From assembly GCA_048939995.1 (NCBI GenBank), contig JBHLOY010000027.1, forward strand, positions 1 to 20,562: a stretch of 20,562 bases of DNA, in the 5' to 3' direction. The position numbers were made by a program, and so were the translations under genes. Below the pieces are notes generated by a model that was not told the origin of the DNA, did not search any database, and saw only the letters and a program-made list of their open reading frames with translations. Source of the stretch: Promethearchaeota archaeon. Lineage in GTDB: Archaea > Asgardarchaeota > Lokiarchaeia > Sigyniarchaeales > SOKP01. Shown here piece by piece: positions 1 through 8,376 of the stretch. Every line of letters starts with the position of its first letter. Position 1 is the first letter of the stretch.

Positions 1-530
1 CCTCTCATTTTAGCTAATTTGTATTTGCATTTCTCTCCGCATCCCACTTCTTCGTTTGGCTCATGATTTTCAGAATCGAAATCAATAGGGAGTACGAAAT
101 CTTTAGCTATATCTGTTACGATTTCCATAGAGACTGAACTTACATCTGGATTTTTTCTAAAATGATAATTAACTACAGCATCAAGTTTATTTAAACTTGA
201 ACTAGCAAGAAGTATGCAAATATTATGTTCCCCACTTAATCTAAAAGCATTTAGCATGAATGGACAACATTTCCCCATATCTAAAACTTCATTAGGGTTA
301 CGTGTATTAACCTCTACAGTTGCCAAATGAAGCTCTACTTTTTTAAAATTAATGCCTGGTTGAAATTGAAGGATCCCTTCCTTCTCAAGTTTCTTTATAC
401 GCATTCCAACAGTTGGTTGAGATCGATTAATCTTTTCTGCTATTTCTGTGTGTGTTAAATTAGGAGATTCTTGCACTAAAGTAATAATTTGCCTATCAAT
501 ATCATCGAGTTTTAATTTTTCTGAAAGCAT
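1..530 (-). CDS. Lrp/AsnC-family transcriptional regulator (3' end runs off the window; not in ORF track)
   Basis: Manual translation from ATG at 530: MLSEKLKLDDIDRQIITLVQESPNLTHTEIAEKINRSQPTVGMRIKKLEKEGIL (AsnC-type wHTH), then a RAM-like domain (KCCPFMLNAFRLSGEHNICILL) and a GCGEKC tail. The frame stays open to the window edge. Confidence 0.92.
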   Translation of the reverse strand, partial: MLSEKLKLDDIDRQIITLVQESPNLTHTEIAEKINRSQPTVGMRIKKLEKEGILQFQPGINFKKVELHLATVEVNTRNPNEVLDMGKCCPFMLNAFRLSGEHNICILLASSSLNKLDAVVNYHFRKNPDVSSVSMEIVTDIAKDFVLPIDFDSENHEPNEEVGCGEKCKYKLAKMR

Positions 531-658
531 ATAAAATACCTTTGATAAACTATATTGATTATATAATTTGAATAATTATTTCTTTAATTTATTATTTATA
601 ATTTTTGCTGAGATATAGTTTAATAAAAATTAAGAAAAAGCATATAGTTAATCAAGAA

Positions 659-898
659 TTAATCTATGGTTATTGCCCTTAATTTGCAAGCAGTTGTACA
701 AATATGACACTTAACACATCTGTCTTCCCTTTCTTCAATGACAATACTTCTAGGTTCAGCTTCCTTATTTATAACTTTATAAATTCCTCTGAAGCATGCT
801 TCTTCGCATGAGAACTCCCTACACTGCTTGCATTTAGTAGTATCAATATGGTGAAAGCGATAATTTTCAATATTAGATTGATTATTTGCCTCACTCAT
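659..898 (-). CDS. 2x[4Fe-4S] dicluster ferredoxin-like protein
   Basis: 79 aa; CKQCREFSCEEAC and CVKCHICTTAC motifs. Confidence 0.85.
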   Translation of the reverse strand: MSEANNQSNIENYRFHHIDTTKCKQCREFSCEEACFRGIYKVINKEAEPRSIVIEEREDRCVKCHICTTACKLRAITID

Positions 899-996
899 TA
901 AATATCCTAAATCAGATTGATTTTTATCTATTTAGATTATAGATTATAATAAATTGGTTTTAAATTCTTATTTAATGATCTTAATCACTGAAAAGA

Positions 997-1677
997 ATGC
1001 ATTATTATATGAATCCAATAAATATCCCTCTTTTTGAAATTTCAAATCTTAGTAAAGGAAAATTTCTTTCTCGTCCTAATAGATTTGTCGCAGAAATAGA
1101 ATATGAAAAAAGAATAGAATTGGCACATGTTCATGATCCAGGACGCTTAAAAGAAATATTAATAGAAGGATCAGAAATCCTTTTTACACGTTCTAATGGT
1201 AAATTAAAATATTATATAAAAGCTGTAAAGACTGAGAAGGAATGGGTGTTGATAGACACGGGTCTTCACTCAAAAATAGCACAAAATATTTTTAGCCTAA
1301 TCCCTAAATTGTCAGATGCTAAGGAAATTAAGAAAGAAGTGCCCTTAGACAACAGTAGGATAGATTTCATGTTGGATGGAGTCCCTTTAGAAGTAAAAGG
1401 GGTAACTCTTGTTAAAGAGGGAATTGCATTATTTCCTGATGCTCCCACGGAACGAGGTACTAGACATATTCAAGAAATCATTAGACATAAGGGGATAATT
1501 CTTTTTTTGATCTTCCGTAATGCGTTAGAATTTAATCCAAATTGGAAATTGGATCCCAAGTTTTCCAATAAGTTATCTGAGGCAAAAGCTCAACAAATCC
1601 CGATAATAACAGCTAGAATTGGTTTTGACGGGACAAAATTGTATTATAAGGGAGATATACCAATAGGGAATTTTTGA
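997..1677 (+). CDS. sfsA: SfsA-family DNA/RNA nuclease (sugar fermentation stimulation protein); start may be ATG 1009
   Basis: RPNRF, HVHDPGRL, SRIDF, EVKGVTL and FPDAPTERGTRH are hallmark SfsA motifs. Confidence 0.93.
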   Translation: MHYYMNPINIPLFEISNLSKGKFLSRPNRFVAEIEYEKRIELAHVHDPGRLKEILIEGSEILFTRSNGKLKYYIKAVKTEKEWVLIDTGLHSKIAQNIFSLIPKLSDAKEIKKEVPLDNSRIDFMLDGVPLEVKGVTLVKEGIALFPDAPTERGTRHIQEIIRHKGIILFLIFRNALEFNPNWKLDPKFSNKLSEAKAQQIPIITARIGFDGTKLYYKGDIPIGNF

Positions 1678-1829
1678 ACTTTATAATTTAAAAAATTATA
1701 TTAACTTGGTCTTTGAAAATTTAGTTCAAAGTAGTCTATTCATTATACTTTATTATCCGAATTTTTAAAATTTCAGATAAAGTAGGAAGATAATAGATAA
1801 AATTAATAATTTTATGCGAGGGATAATTT

Positions 1830-2132
1830 ATGGAAAAAGAAAAATTTGTATTGTCTCCTGATGTATGTGCATGGGCAGATGATGAAAATGAAAATTATCA
1901 TATTGAAATAACCTTACCTGGTGTTGAGAAAGACACAATCAATCTTAAAATCCATGAAGATTCATTTTTTATAAAGGGTGAAACGGACAATACTATTTAT
2001 GTTGGATCTTATGTTATATGTTGCCCTGTTAAAGCAGAAGATACAAAAGCGGTATATAAAAATGGTATACTAAAAATTGACGTCCCATTCCAGAATCCAA
2101 TGGAGAAAGCCATTGATGTAAAAATAGAATAA
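1830..2132 (+). CDS. Hsp20/alpha-crystallin small heat-shock protein
   Basis: IEITLPGVEKDTINL and AVYKNGILKIDVP alpha-crystallin motifs; 100 aa. Confidence 0.9.
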   Translation: MEKEKFVLSPDVCAWADDENENYHIEITLPGVEKDTINLKIHEDSFFIKGETDNTIYVGSYVICCPVKAEDTKAVYKNGILKIDVPFQNPMEKAIDVKIE

Positions 2133-2133
2133 A

Positions 2134-2153
2134 TCTTTTTCTTTTTTTTTTTT
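2134..2153 (+). terminator. Oligo-T tract, probable archaeal intrinsic terminator after hsp20
   Basis: TCTTTTTCTTTTTTTTTTTT directly after the TAA, between convergent genes. Confidence 0.55.
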
Positions 2154-3579
2154 AAATTGGAATTATACCAATTCTACGATTAGGTTTTCCGAGGCCAAAT
2201 GAATTAAAAGTCATAAATGCCACAGTTTGTGTTCCAAATAATCCAGGTTCATCCCTACAAATAATAGGCTGACTCTTTAGGATATTCAATAATTCAGAAT
2301 TAGTTAATTCATTATTATTATAAGCAATTGAAATTAGATTCTCGGCTAAAGCTTGTCTATCCTTTGAATAATTGAGATCAGTTAAATATTTTTGCCAATA
2401 TGGGTTTACATATGTATTGGATTGCACTATAGTGGTTGTAGGAATTTGAATTGTATGATTTTCAGGAAGAGCTTGTACTGATAAGATTGAAGTTCTATTC
2501 GCCACTATAAGATTTCTACTATAAGCACTTTTATTGTTCAATACCAATGTTTTGCAAATATCCTCGATATTTTTATAATTTGTTAAGCCCTCTCTAACTA
2601 CCACAAAAGTTGGTTCTGTAACTGGAGCCTCTATATTTGTTTGCACTAAATTAGTGATTATTGTTAAACCATATTCATTTTTTCCCATTGGTAGAGCAGG
2701 ACATCCTCCTAGTCTGTAAGTAAATATTAAGGGTTTTCCTTTTAATCTATGTAAGACAAATGATTGGACCCAACTAAATGGTTTTAGTAGGTCCATATTT
2801 TGGCCAATTACTACTGATCCATTCATATTTTTAGACCCTAATGCGGTACAACCTAACACCTTATTCATTGATAACTTTGAGGGACTGATTCTACCATAAA
2901 CTACTTCGAAAAATACTGATTGAACCACTATATCTCTGAAACTAATATAAAAGCCACCACCAGCAGAAGCACCATCACTGATCCCTTGAATTTCCTGTTT
3001 ATATATCTCGGGTATATAAGATAAGTAGTTTAAGCATAAATTTTCGAATTCAGAATAGCACAGTCCCAATATCGGAGCGTACAAATATATAAGAAGCTTC
3101 ATTTTTATAATTTCAGAGGAAAGCTGGAATCCTGTATGGTAACCTAGATCATAACTATTATCAGCTTCAATGTAAAGATATTTTTGTCCATTAGAGTTAA
3201 CCCATTCTGAATAACCAGATATATTAAATTTGAAAAATGCTATACGATTACTAATATTATAAGACACAAGCAAGATACTAGATCCTAAAAATAAAACTAA
3301 AAGGATAAAACATGCTTTTCTTAATTTCTTATATTTAATATTACGTTCAAGTTTTAACCAAATACGTCCATAATTTTTAATTTTTCTTATAGAAAAAAAT
3401 CCAATAACGTAATAGATACCGATTGTAAAAATAAACATCAGAAGAATACTTAAACAAATCAGAATCGTCTTGCTCCTATTTTTTAGATTTTTTAAATTTA
3501 TTTTACTTTCAAGAATAAAAAGTCCAATAAAATAGGATAAATAATGAAAAACAAATAATCTTTGTTGATTAATATTCAA
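2152..3579 (-). CDS. Membrane-anchored C45-family (AAT/Ntn-hydrolase) autoproteolytic acyltransferase/peptidase; start uncertain
   Basis: N-terminal hydrophobic segments, YDLGYHTG, EIQGISDGA, G-CTALG nucleophile/cleavage site, GQNMD, GKNEYGL and SNTY. Confidence 0.82.
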   Translation of the reverse strand: MNINQQRLFVFHYLSYFIGLFILESKINLKNLKNRSKTILICLSILLMFIFTIGIYYVIGFFSIRKIKNYGRIWLKLERNIKYKKLRKACFILLVLFLGSSILLVSYNISNRIAFFKFNISGYSEWVNSNGQKYLYIEADNSYDLGYHTGFQLSSEIIKMKLLIYLYAPILGLCYSEFENLCLNYLSYIPEIYKQEIQGISDGASAGGGFYISFRDIVVQSVFFEVVYGRISPSKLSMNKVLGCTALGSKNMNGSVVIGQNMDLLKPFSWVQSFVLHRLKGKPLIFTYRLGGCPALPMGKNEYGLTIITNLVQTNIEAPVTEPTFVVVREGLTNYKNIEDICKTLVLNNKSAYSRNLIVANRTSILSVQALPENHTIQIPTTTIVQSNTYVNPYWQKYLTDLNYSKDRQALAENLISIAYNNNELTNSELLNILKSQPIICRDEPGLFGTQTVAFMTFNSFGLGKPNRRIGIIPI

Positions 3580-4507
3580 CCTTTATATCCTTTAGATATT
3601 CAAACGCAGAGTAAGCAGCTATAACGCCTTCTGCAACTCCTGTAATTGCTTGTTTGAAGGGTGCATTGGCAACATCTCCAGCAGCATAAACTCCAGGTAT
3701 ATTAGTCTCAGATTTCCGATTTATGAGAATCTCCCCATTATCGTTAGTTATTATACCCATTCTTTTGGCTAAATCCGAATTTGGAATCGACCCTATTTCA
3801 ATGAATACTCCATCAACATTTAATTCTTTGCCATTATCAAAAACTACTGAGTGTACGTTATTTTCGCCTTTAATTTCAATAACATTTGTTTTATAAATAA
3901 TCTCTATCTTTTCATTTTCAAGAACACGTTTTTTATTTATAGGTTCGGCTCTAATATCATCTCCTCGATAAATGATGTATACTTTTTTAACGTTCTGTGC
4001 TAAAAATAAAGCTTCTTTTGCTGCAGAATCACTGCCTCCGATAACACAAACGGTTTTATCTTTATAGAATGGACCATCACATGTAGCACAGTATGAAACA
4101 CCTCGACCTGCAAACCCTTCTTCTCCAGGAATACCCAATTTTCTCCTTTCTGAACCAGTTGCAATACAAATACTATATGCTTTAAACTTCTGAAAGAAAG
4201 AATACAGTATAAAATAATCATCTGCTTTTTCTATACTTCTAATCTCATCTGAAATGTAAGGTATATTTAAGGAGTTCATATGGTCCTTAAACATGTCCAT
4301 TAGGCCCTGACCGCTAGTGGAGGTAATTCCTGGATAATTTTCTACCAGATGGGTGGTTGCGATCAATCCGCCAAATACTTTTCCTATGATTAATACATCT
4401 AATGCAAATCGGGCGGCATATATTGCACAAGCAATTGCAGTAGGACCACCTCCCAAAATAATAATATCATAAACTTTCTCTAAATCAATGTTTTCAATAT
4501 TGAACAC
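3569..4507 (-). CDS. trxB: Thioredoxin-disulfide reductase (low-Mr TrxR)
   Basis: ENYPG, GVSYCATCDG, ETNIPGVYAAGD and KQAIT motifs. Probable start is GTG at 4507, with GGAGG 8 nt upstream (track start 4522). Confidence 0.93.
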   Translation of the reverse strand: MFNIENIDLEKVYDIIILGGGPTAIACAIYAARFALDVLIIGKVFGGLIATTHLVENYPGITSTSGQGLMDMFKDHMNSLNIPYISDEIRSIEKADDYFILYSFFQKFKAYSICIATGSERRKLGIPGEEGFAGRGVSYCATCDGPFYKDKTVCVIGGSDSAAKEALFLAQNVKKVYIIYRGDDIRAEPINKKRVLENEKIEIIYKTNVIEIKGENNVHSVVFDNGKELNVDGVFIEIGSIPNSDLAKRMGIITNDNGEILINRKSETNIPGVYAAGDVANAPFKQAITGVAEGVIAAYSAFEYLKDIKVEY

Positions 4508-5186
4508 GAATATTCCCTCCAATCAATGCTCTCAGGATCTCATTGGGACCTACCATCCCCGCAATTGTTCTCTTATCGTTAATAATGGTGTATGGGACTC
4601 CTGCGGCATCATAGTATTGACCAATATCAGGATTTTTGGTAATATCTATAATGATTGTTCTAATTTTACCCTCCGCAGCAATTGCAAATTGATTGACGAT
4701 AGTGACTAGACTGGGACAATAAGGACAAGAATTTGTGATCATCACTTTAATCGTTGATGGGCTAATCCGATCTAGGTTTTGCTTTATTGTGGCTTCATAA
4801 TAATTCGGTGCTCCAGCGAAAATGAAGAGGCTCTGAACAAAAGGTTGTATTTCACCACCCTGCGGAGCGGCTAAATAACGAATCAATTCCCTTCCTTGGC
4901 TATCTATAAATAGAATAGTTGGGACTCTCTGAATATCATACCTTTTTGAAAATTCGGGGTTATCGTCTATGGATAACTCCTCTATAGTCAATAATCCATT
5001 AGAATTTTCTTCATAGACTCTTAATAATGCCATAAACTGTCCGCAATCCATACAAACTTTTACTTTGCTTCCATTAATTTCGGTTTTTTGAGATGTAAAT
5101 ACCTTCAACCTTACGGGCTTTTTTAATTTAGCCATTTCTCTTCCAATAATCTCTTTATATTTATCATCTTGTGAAATTATTACCAC
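4494..5186 (-). CDS. Protein disulfide oxidoreductase (two Trx folds; AhpF N-terminal-like PDO), copy 2
   Basis: CMDC and CPYC sites; RVPT and GVP cis-Pro loops; P-x-G-x-E motif; overlaps trxB. Confidence 0.88.
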   Translation of the reverse strand: MVIISQDDKYKEIIGREMAKLKKPVRLKVFTSQKTEINGSKVKVCMDCGQFMALLRVYEENSNGLLTIEELSIDDNPEFSKRYDIQRVPTILFIDSQGRELIRYLAAPQGGEIQPFVQSLFIFAGAPNYYEATIKQNLDRISPSTIKVMITNSCPYCPSLVTIVNQFAIAAEGKIRTIIIDITKNPDIGQYYDAAGVPYTIINDKRTIAGMVGPNEILRALIGGNIRVQY

Positions 5187-5207
5187 CTCATTTTCTTATT
5201 TTTAAAA

Positions 5208-5900
5208 TTAAGCATACATTCCACCAAAATCTCGTTGACCTTTCGTCAAAGCATCCAATAGATCTTGCGGAGTAAACATTCCATAAATATGTTCCTTTTC
5301 ATTTATAATTGTATGAGGAACGCCTTGTACTTGATACGCCATTGCTATATCTGGATTTAAATCAACATCGATGACATCTACAGTTAGTTTTCCTTTCGAT
5401 ACGATAGCAAATAATGTCAGAACAGGAACGGTTTGTGGACAATAAGGGCAAGTCTGTGTAATAAAGATTTTACTTTTTGATTTAGGTATCTTCTTTAGAT
5501 TCGTTAGAATCTGATCTGCATAAAAAGGTCTTACTCCTGAAAAATATTGAATACTATTAAGAAAAGGTACAAATTCAGCTCCAATAGGATGAGTAGAATA
5601 TCGAATAATTTCCTTATCATTCTCATCAGTGAATATTATGGCTGGAATACGATTAACATCGTACTTTTTAGTTTCTTCCTTATTTTCTTCAATAGAATAC
5701 TCCTCTATTTTAAATTTTCCATTCGAGTATTCTTCTAAAGTCTTTAATAGAGTATAGGTTCCTTGACATGCCATACAATTTCGTTTCTTTGACCTATCCC
5801 CTTCAGTCTTAAAATCAGTGAATAGTTTCAAGACAACTGGATTTTTTAATTTTCCCATTTCTCGCTTAATATTTTCAATCTCATTAGGAGAAAACATCAT
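5208..5900 (-). CDS. Protein disulfide oxidoreductase (two Trx folds), copy 1
   Basis: CMAC and CPYC sites; RIPA and GVPH loops; PIGAEF. Confidence 0.88.
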   Translation of the reverse strand: MMFSPNEIENIKREMGKLKNPVVLKLFTDFKTEGDRSKKRNCMACQGTYTLLKTLEEYSNGKFKIEEYSIEENKEETKKYDVNRIPAIIFTDENDKEIIRYSTHPIGAEFVPFLNSIQYFSGVRPFYADQILTNLKKIPKSKSKIFITQTCPYCPQTVPVLTLFAIVSKGKLTVDVIDVDLNPDIAMAYQVQGVPHTIINEKEHIYGMFTPQDLLDALTKGQRDFGGMYA

Positions 5901-5907
5901 AAAATCA

Positions 5908-5915
5908 ACCTCCTT
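5908..5915 (-). promoter_or_regulatory. Shine-Dalgarno site of the PDO-PDO-TrxR operon
   Basis: Minus strand reads AAGGAGGTTGATTTT-ATG. Confidence 0.7.
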
Positions 5916-6174
5916 TAATTCGTCCTATTATGATTATTTAAATTCAAATTTAAATTTTTTTTTCGTTTAAATTATAAATTCAATAAAGAAAAATTCAAAA
6001 TTCCATAATGTTGTATTTATATCAATTAATATTTAAAAAATTGTCTTTAGAAATTGCTTTCCTTTATGGTATCATTCTGATATCACCTTAATATTATTCT
6101 CTCAATCAAATATAAATAATAAGTTATTCTTTATTATACCAAAAGTACCTAAGATAATCTAAAAGCTTGTTAAT

Positions 6175-7212
6175 ATGAATTTAGATTTCGTCCCCGCGAT
6201 CTTTTATATTGATTTAAATGATTTTAATCGACCTAAATCTTTTTTCTGGTATCCAACACATATTCCAGAAGAATTTAGAAAATTAATCGAGATAAAATGT
6301 AGTGATATCCTTTCAACCGACCAAGCATTTATTCCTGAAATTTTATTAATCTACCCATTTAAAAATCTAAAAACTAAAATTTTAATTAAATATTTTGAAC
6401 GAAATAATTCTAAAAAACAAGCAACCACTAAATCTGCTATAACATTTTTATTCAAGGAAGAAGATGACATTATCTTTTACAGATATCTGAGTTATATTGA
6501 TAAATTCTTCACTGAGACTATTCAAAAGATTATTGAATATGAAGAAAATAATATGGATAATCATATGACTTTTCAAGAAATTACTAAATTACGCAATACT
6601 CTCAACGAAACAGTTGATTATTTACGTTCTAAAAGTAATATAATTATAAAAAATGAAACAAAACCCGAATCTGATGAGGATATCGAAGAAGAACCAATAG
6701 AAAAATTTAAAGTTATTGTTCTAGGAGATCCATCAGTAGGTAAAACATCAACTATCCTTAAGTTTACAGATAATGTTTTTATGAGAGCATACATTCCTAC
6801 AATGGGGTTAAACATAACTAAAAAAAGATTTTTTGTACAAAATAAATCGGTTGAGCTAATTTTTTGGGATATTGGTGGACAAAAAAAATTTGAAACCATC
6901 AGAAAGCAATTCTATGAAGGAGCGAGTGCGTTTCTTCTAGTTTTTGACATAAGCAATCCCGGATCTTTTGCTAATGTCCCAAAATGGTATCAAGACCTTA
7001 AAAACCATCTTCTTAATCCATCCAGAATAGATGGTTATTTAGTAGGAAATAAAATCGATCTAACTAAAAACAGAATTGTAAATCCTATTGATGCAATAAG
7101 GTTAGCTAAGGCATTAAATATTCAATATTTCGAAATATCTGCTTTAACGGGAGTAAATATTGAAGAAGCTTTTTCTAAATTATCTTTTAACTTAATAAAA
7201 TCACAGAATTAG
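6175..7212 (+). CDS. Rab-like small GTPase with N-terminal longin/uDENN-like domain
   Basis: The C-terminal half has G1 GDPSVGKT, G2 PTMG, G3 WDIGGQ, G4 NKID and G5 EISAL, with no C-terminal prenylation Cys. The N-terminal ~150 aa has a longin-like beta/alpha pattern (inferred), followed by an acidic linker. Confidence 0.9.
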   Translation: MNLDFVPAIFYIDLNDFNRPKSFFWYPTHIPEEFRKLIEIKCSDILSTDQAFIPEILLIYPFKNLKTKILIKYFERNNSKKQATTKSAITFLFKEEDDIIFYRYLSYIDKFFTETIQKIIEYEENNMDNHMTFQEITKLRNTLNETVDYLRSKSNIIIKNETKPESDEDIEEEPIEKFKVIVLGDPSVGKTSTILKFTDNVFMRAYIPTMGLNITKKRFFVQNKSVELIFWDIGGQKKFETIRKQFYEGASAFLLVFDISNPGSFANVPKWYQDLKNHLLNPSRIDGYLVGNKIDLTKNRIVNPIDAIRLAKALNIQYFEISALTGVNIEEAFSKLSFNLIKSQN

Positions 7213-7233
7213 ATGCCTTCCTGCCTTAACTGG

Positions 7234-8217
7234 TTAAATTATTAATTCAAAAATATCTCTTGTTTTAGGTTGAATTTTATATTTTTTACTAAACCGGCGA
7301 ATTATCCACCAGCAGCTAGGGCAGTATGTTGTGCAAAATTCTGCTCCTGAATTATCAAAATCTTCCATTCTTTTCTTTGCAATAGCTTCAATTACATCAA
7401 TACGTCCCATATATCCACTTCCACCTCCACAACACCAATGTGGCATGTCAATTAACTCATAGCCACTCCTCTTAAGAATTTTATTTACATACTGATCTAC
7501 TCCTTTTCTTCCTCGATTTTTGAGCTGGCAGAGATGTTGTACAGCAATTTTTCCAGATTTTTTTACTTTTGAAGGCTTCAAGTAATCTGCAATATATTCA
7601 ACTTTAATATCTTTATCCATCTCTTTTGCATAGTCCTTTCTAAAAAGATCATAGCAAGCGGGGCAAAGACAGATGATCTTTTTAAATTTTTCAAATATTT
7701 CTATGTTTTCTTTCTTACATGTCTCATATTCTTTTCGTAATCCACTTACTAACAGATGCCATCCACAGCATATTTCTGTTTCTAAAATTGTAAAATCAAT
7801 TTTTTGTTTAATTAAATATTGAAGCGCATGTTCCGTGTATCTAGGAATTCTTATGGTGGAAAGACATCCCATAAAGAAGAGCGTATCAGATTTCTTAGAA
7901 ATGCCTTCAGGCTTTTTTATTCGCATTTCATTTGAAGGATAAGGGCTTCTAAATTTTTCAAAATTTTCAATCATCTCGTTTTTCTCTTCGAAGGTATTAC
8001 CATCCTCGATGAATTTTTCTTTTAATAAAATCCTTTCTTCTTCTGTTTCGCATTCTCCGCAATGTACACAATTGTAGAGTTTATAATAGTCATCTTGATT
8101 GAACTTTACGATATTAATGTTTTCAACCATCCTCTTTACATCTTCATCTTTTATAAAATTATCTGGGTCAACCTCATCAGTAGGAAAGTTTTTCCTTCCT
8201 TCAATCCTTCTAGTCAT
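7234..8217 (-). CDS. CCG-domain Fe-S oxidoreductase (HdrB/HdrD/GlpC-like)
   Basis: CVHCGEC, then FMGC...ICCG...CPAC and HLC...WCCGGG...CPSC. Confidence 0.87.
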   Translation of the reverse strand: MTRRIEGRKNFPTDEVDPDNFIKDEDVKRMVENINIVKFNQDDYYKLYNCVHCGECETEEERILLKEKFIEDGNTFEEKNEMIENFEKFRSPYPSNEMRIKKPEGISKKSDTLFFMGCLSTIRIPRYTEHALQYLIKQKIDFTILETEICCGWHLLVSGLRKEYETCKKENIEIFEKFKKIICLCPACYDLFRKDYAKEMDKDIKVEYIADYLKPSKVKKSGKIAVQHLCQLKNRGRKGVDQYVNKILKRSGYELIDMPHWCCGGGSGYMGRIDVIEAIAKKRMEDFDNSGAEFCTTYCPSCWWIIRRFSKKYKIQPKTRDIFELII

Positions 8218-8376
8218 TACTAAAACCTTATAACTAAATGGGATAGACTTATCAAAATACAGTTCATAAATTATATTAGAAAATAATTTTTGAATTTTAA
8301 AGTAATTCTTTATAATACTTTATAAGTTATTTAACTAAAACTAAGAATAAATTGCGTAAATAAAAGGTAAACAATT

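Noticed and set aside
997-1677. SfsA nuclease as part of a defence island or mobile element
   Set aside because: It is a stand-alone housekeeping-type gene with no adjacent methylase, cas gene, integrase or terminal repeats.
5940-5998. AAATTCAA repeated three times upstream of the PDO operon
   Set aside because: Low-complexity, irregularly spaced and in extremely AT-rich DNA; not a CRISPR or iteron array.
7234-8217. Methanogenesis inferred from the Hdr-like protein
   Set aside because: CCG proteins are widespread, and no mcr, hdrA/C or mvh genes are present.
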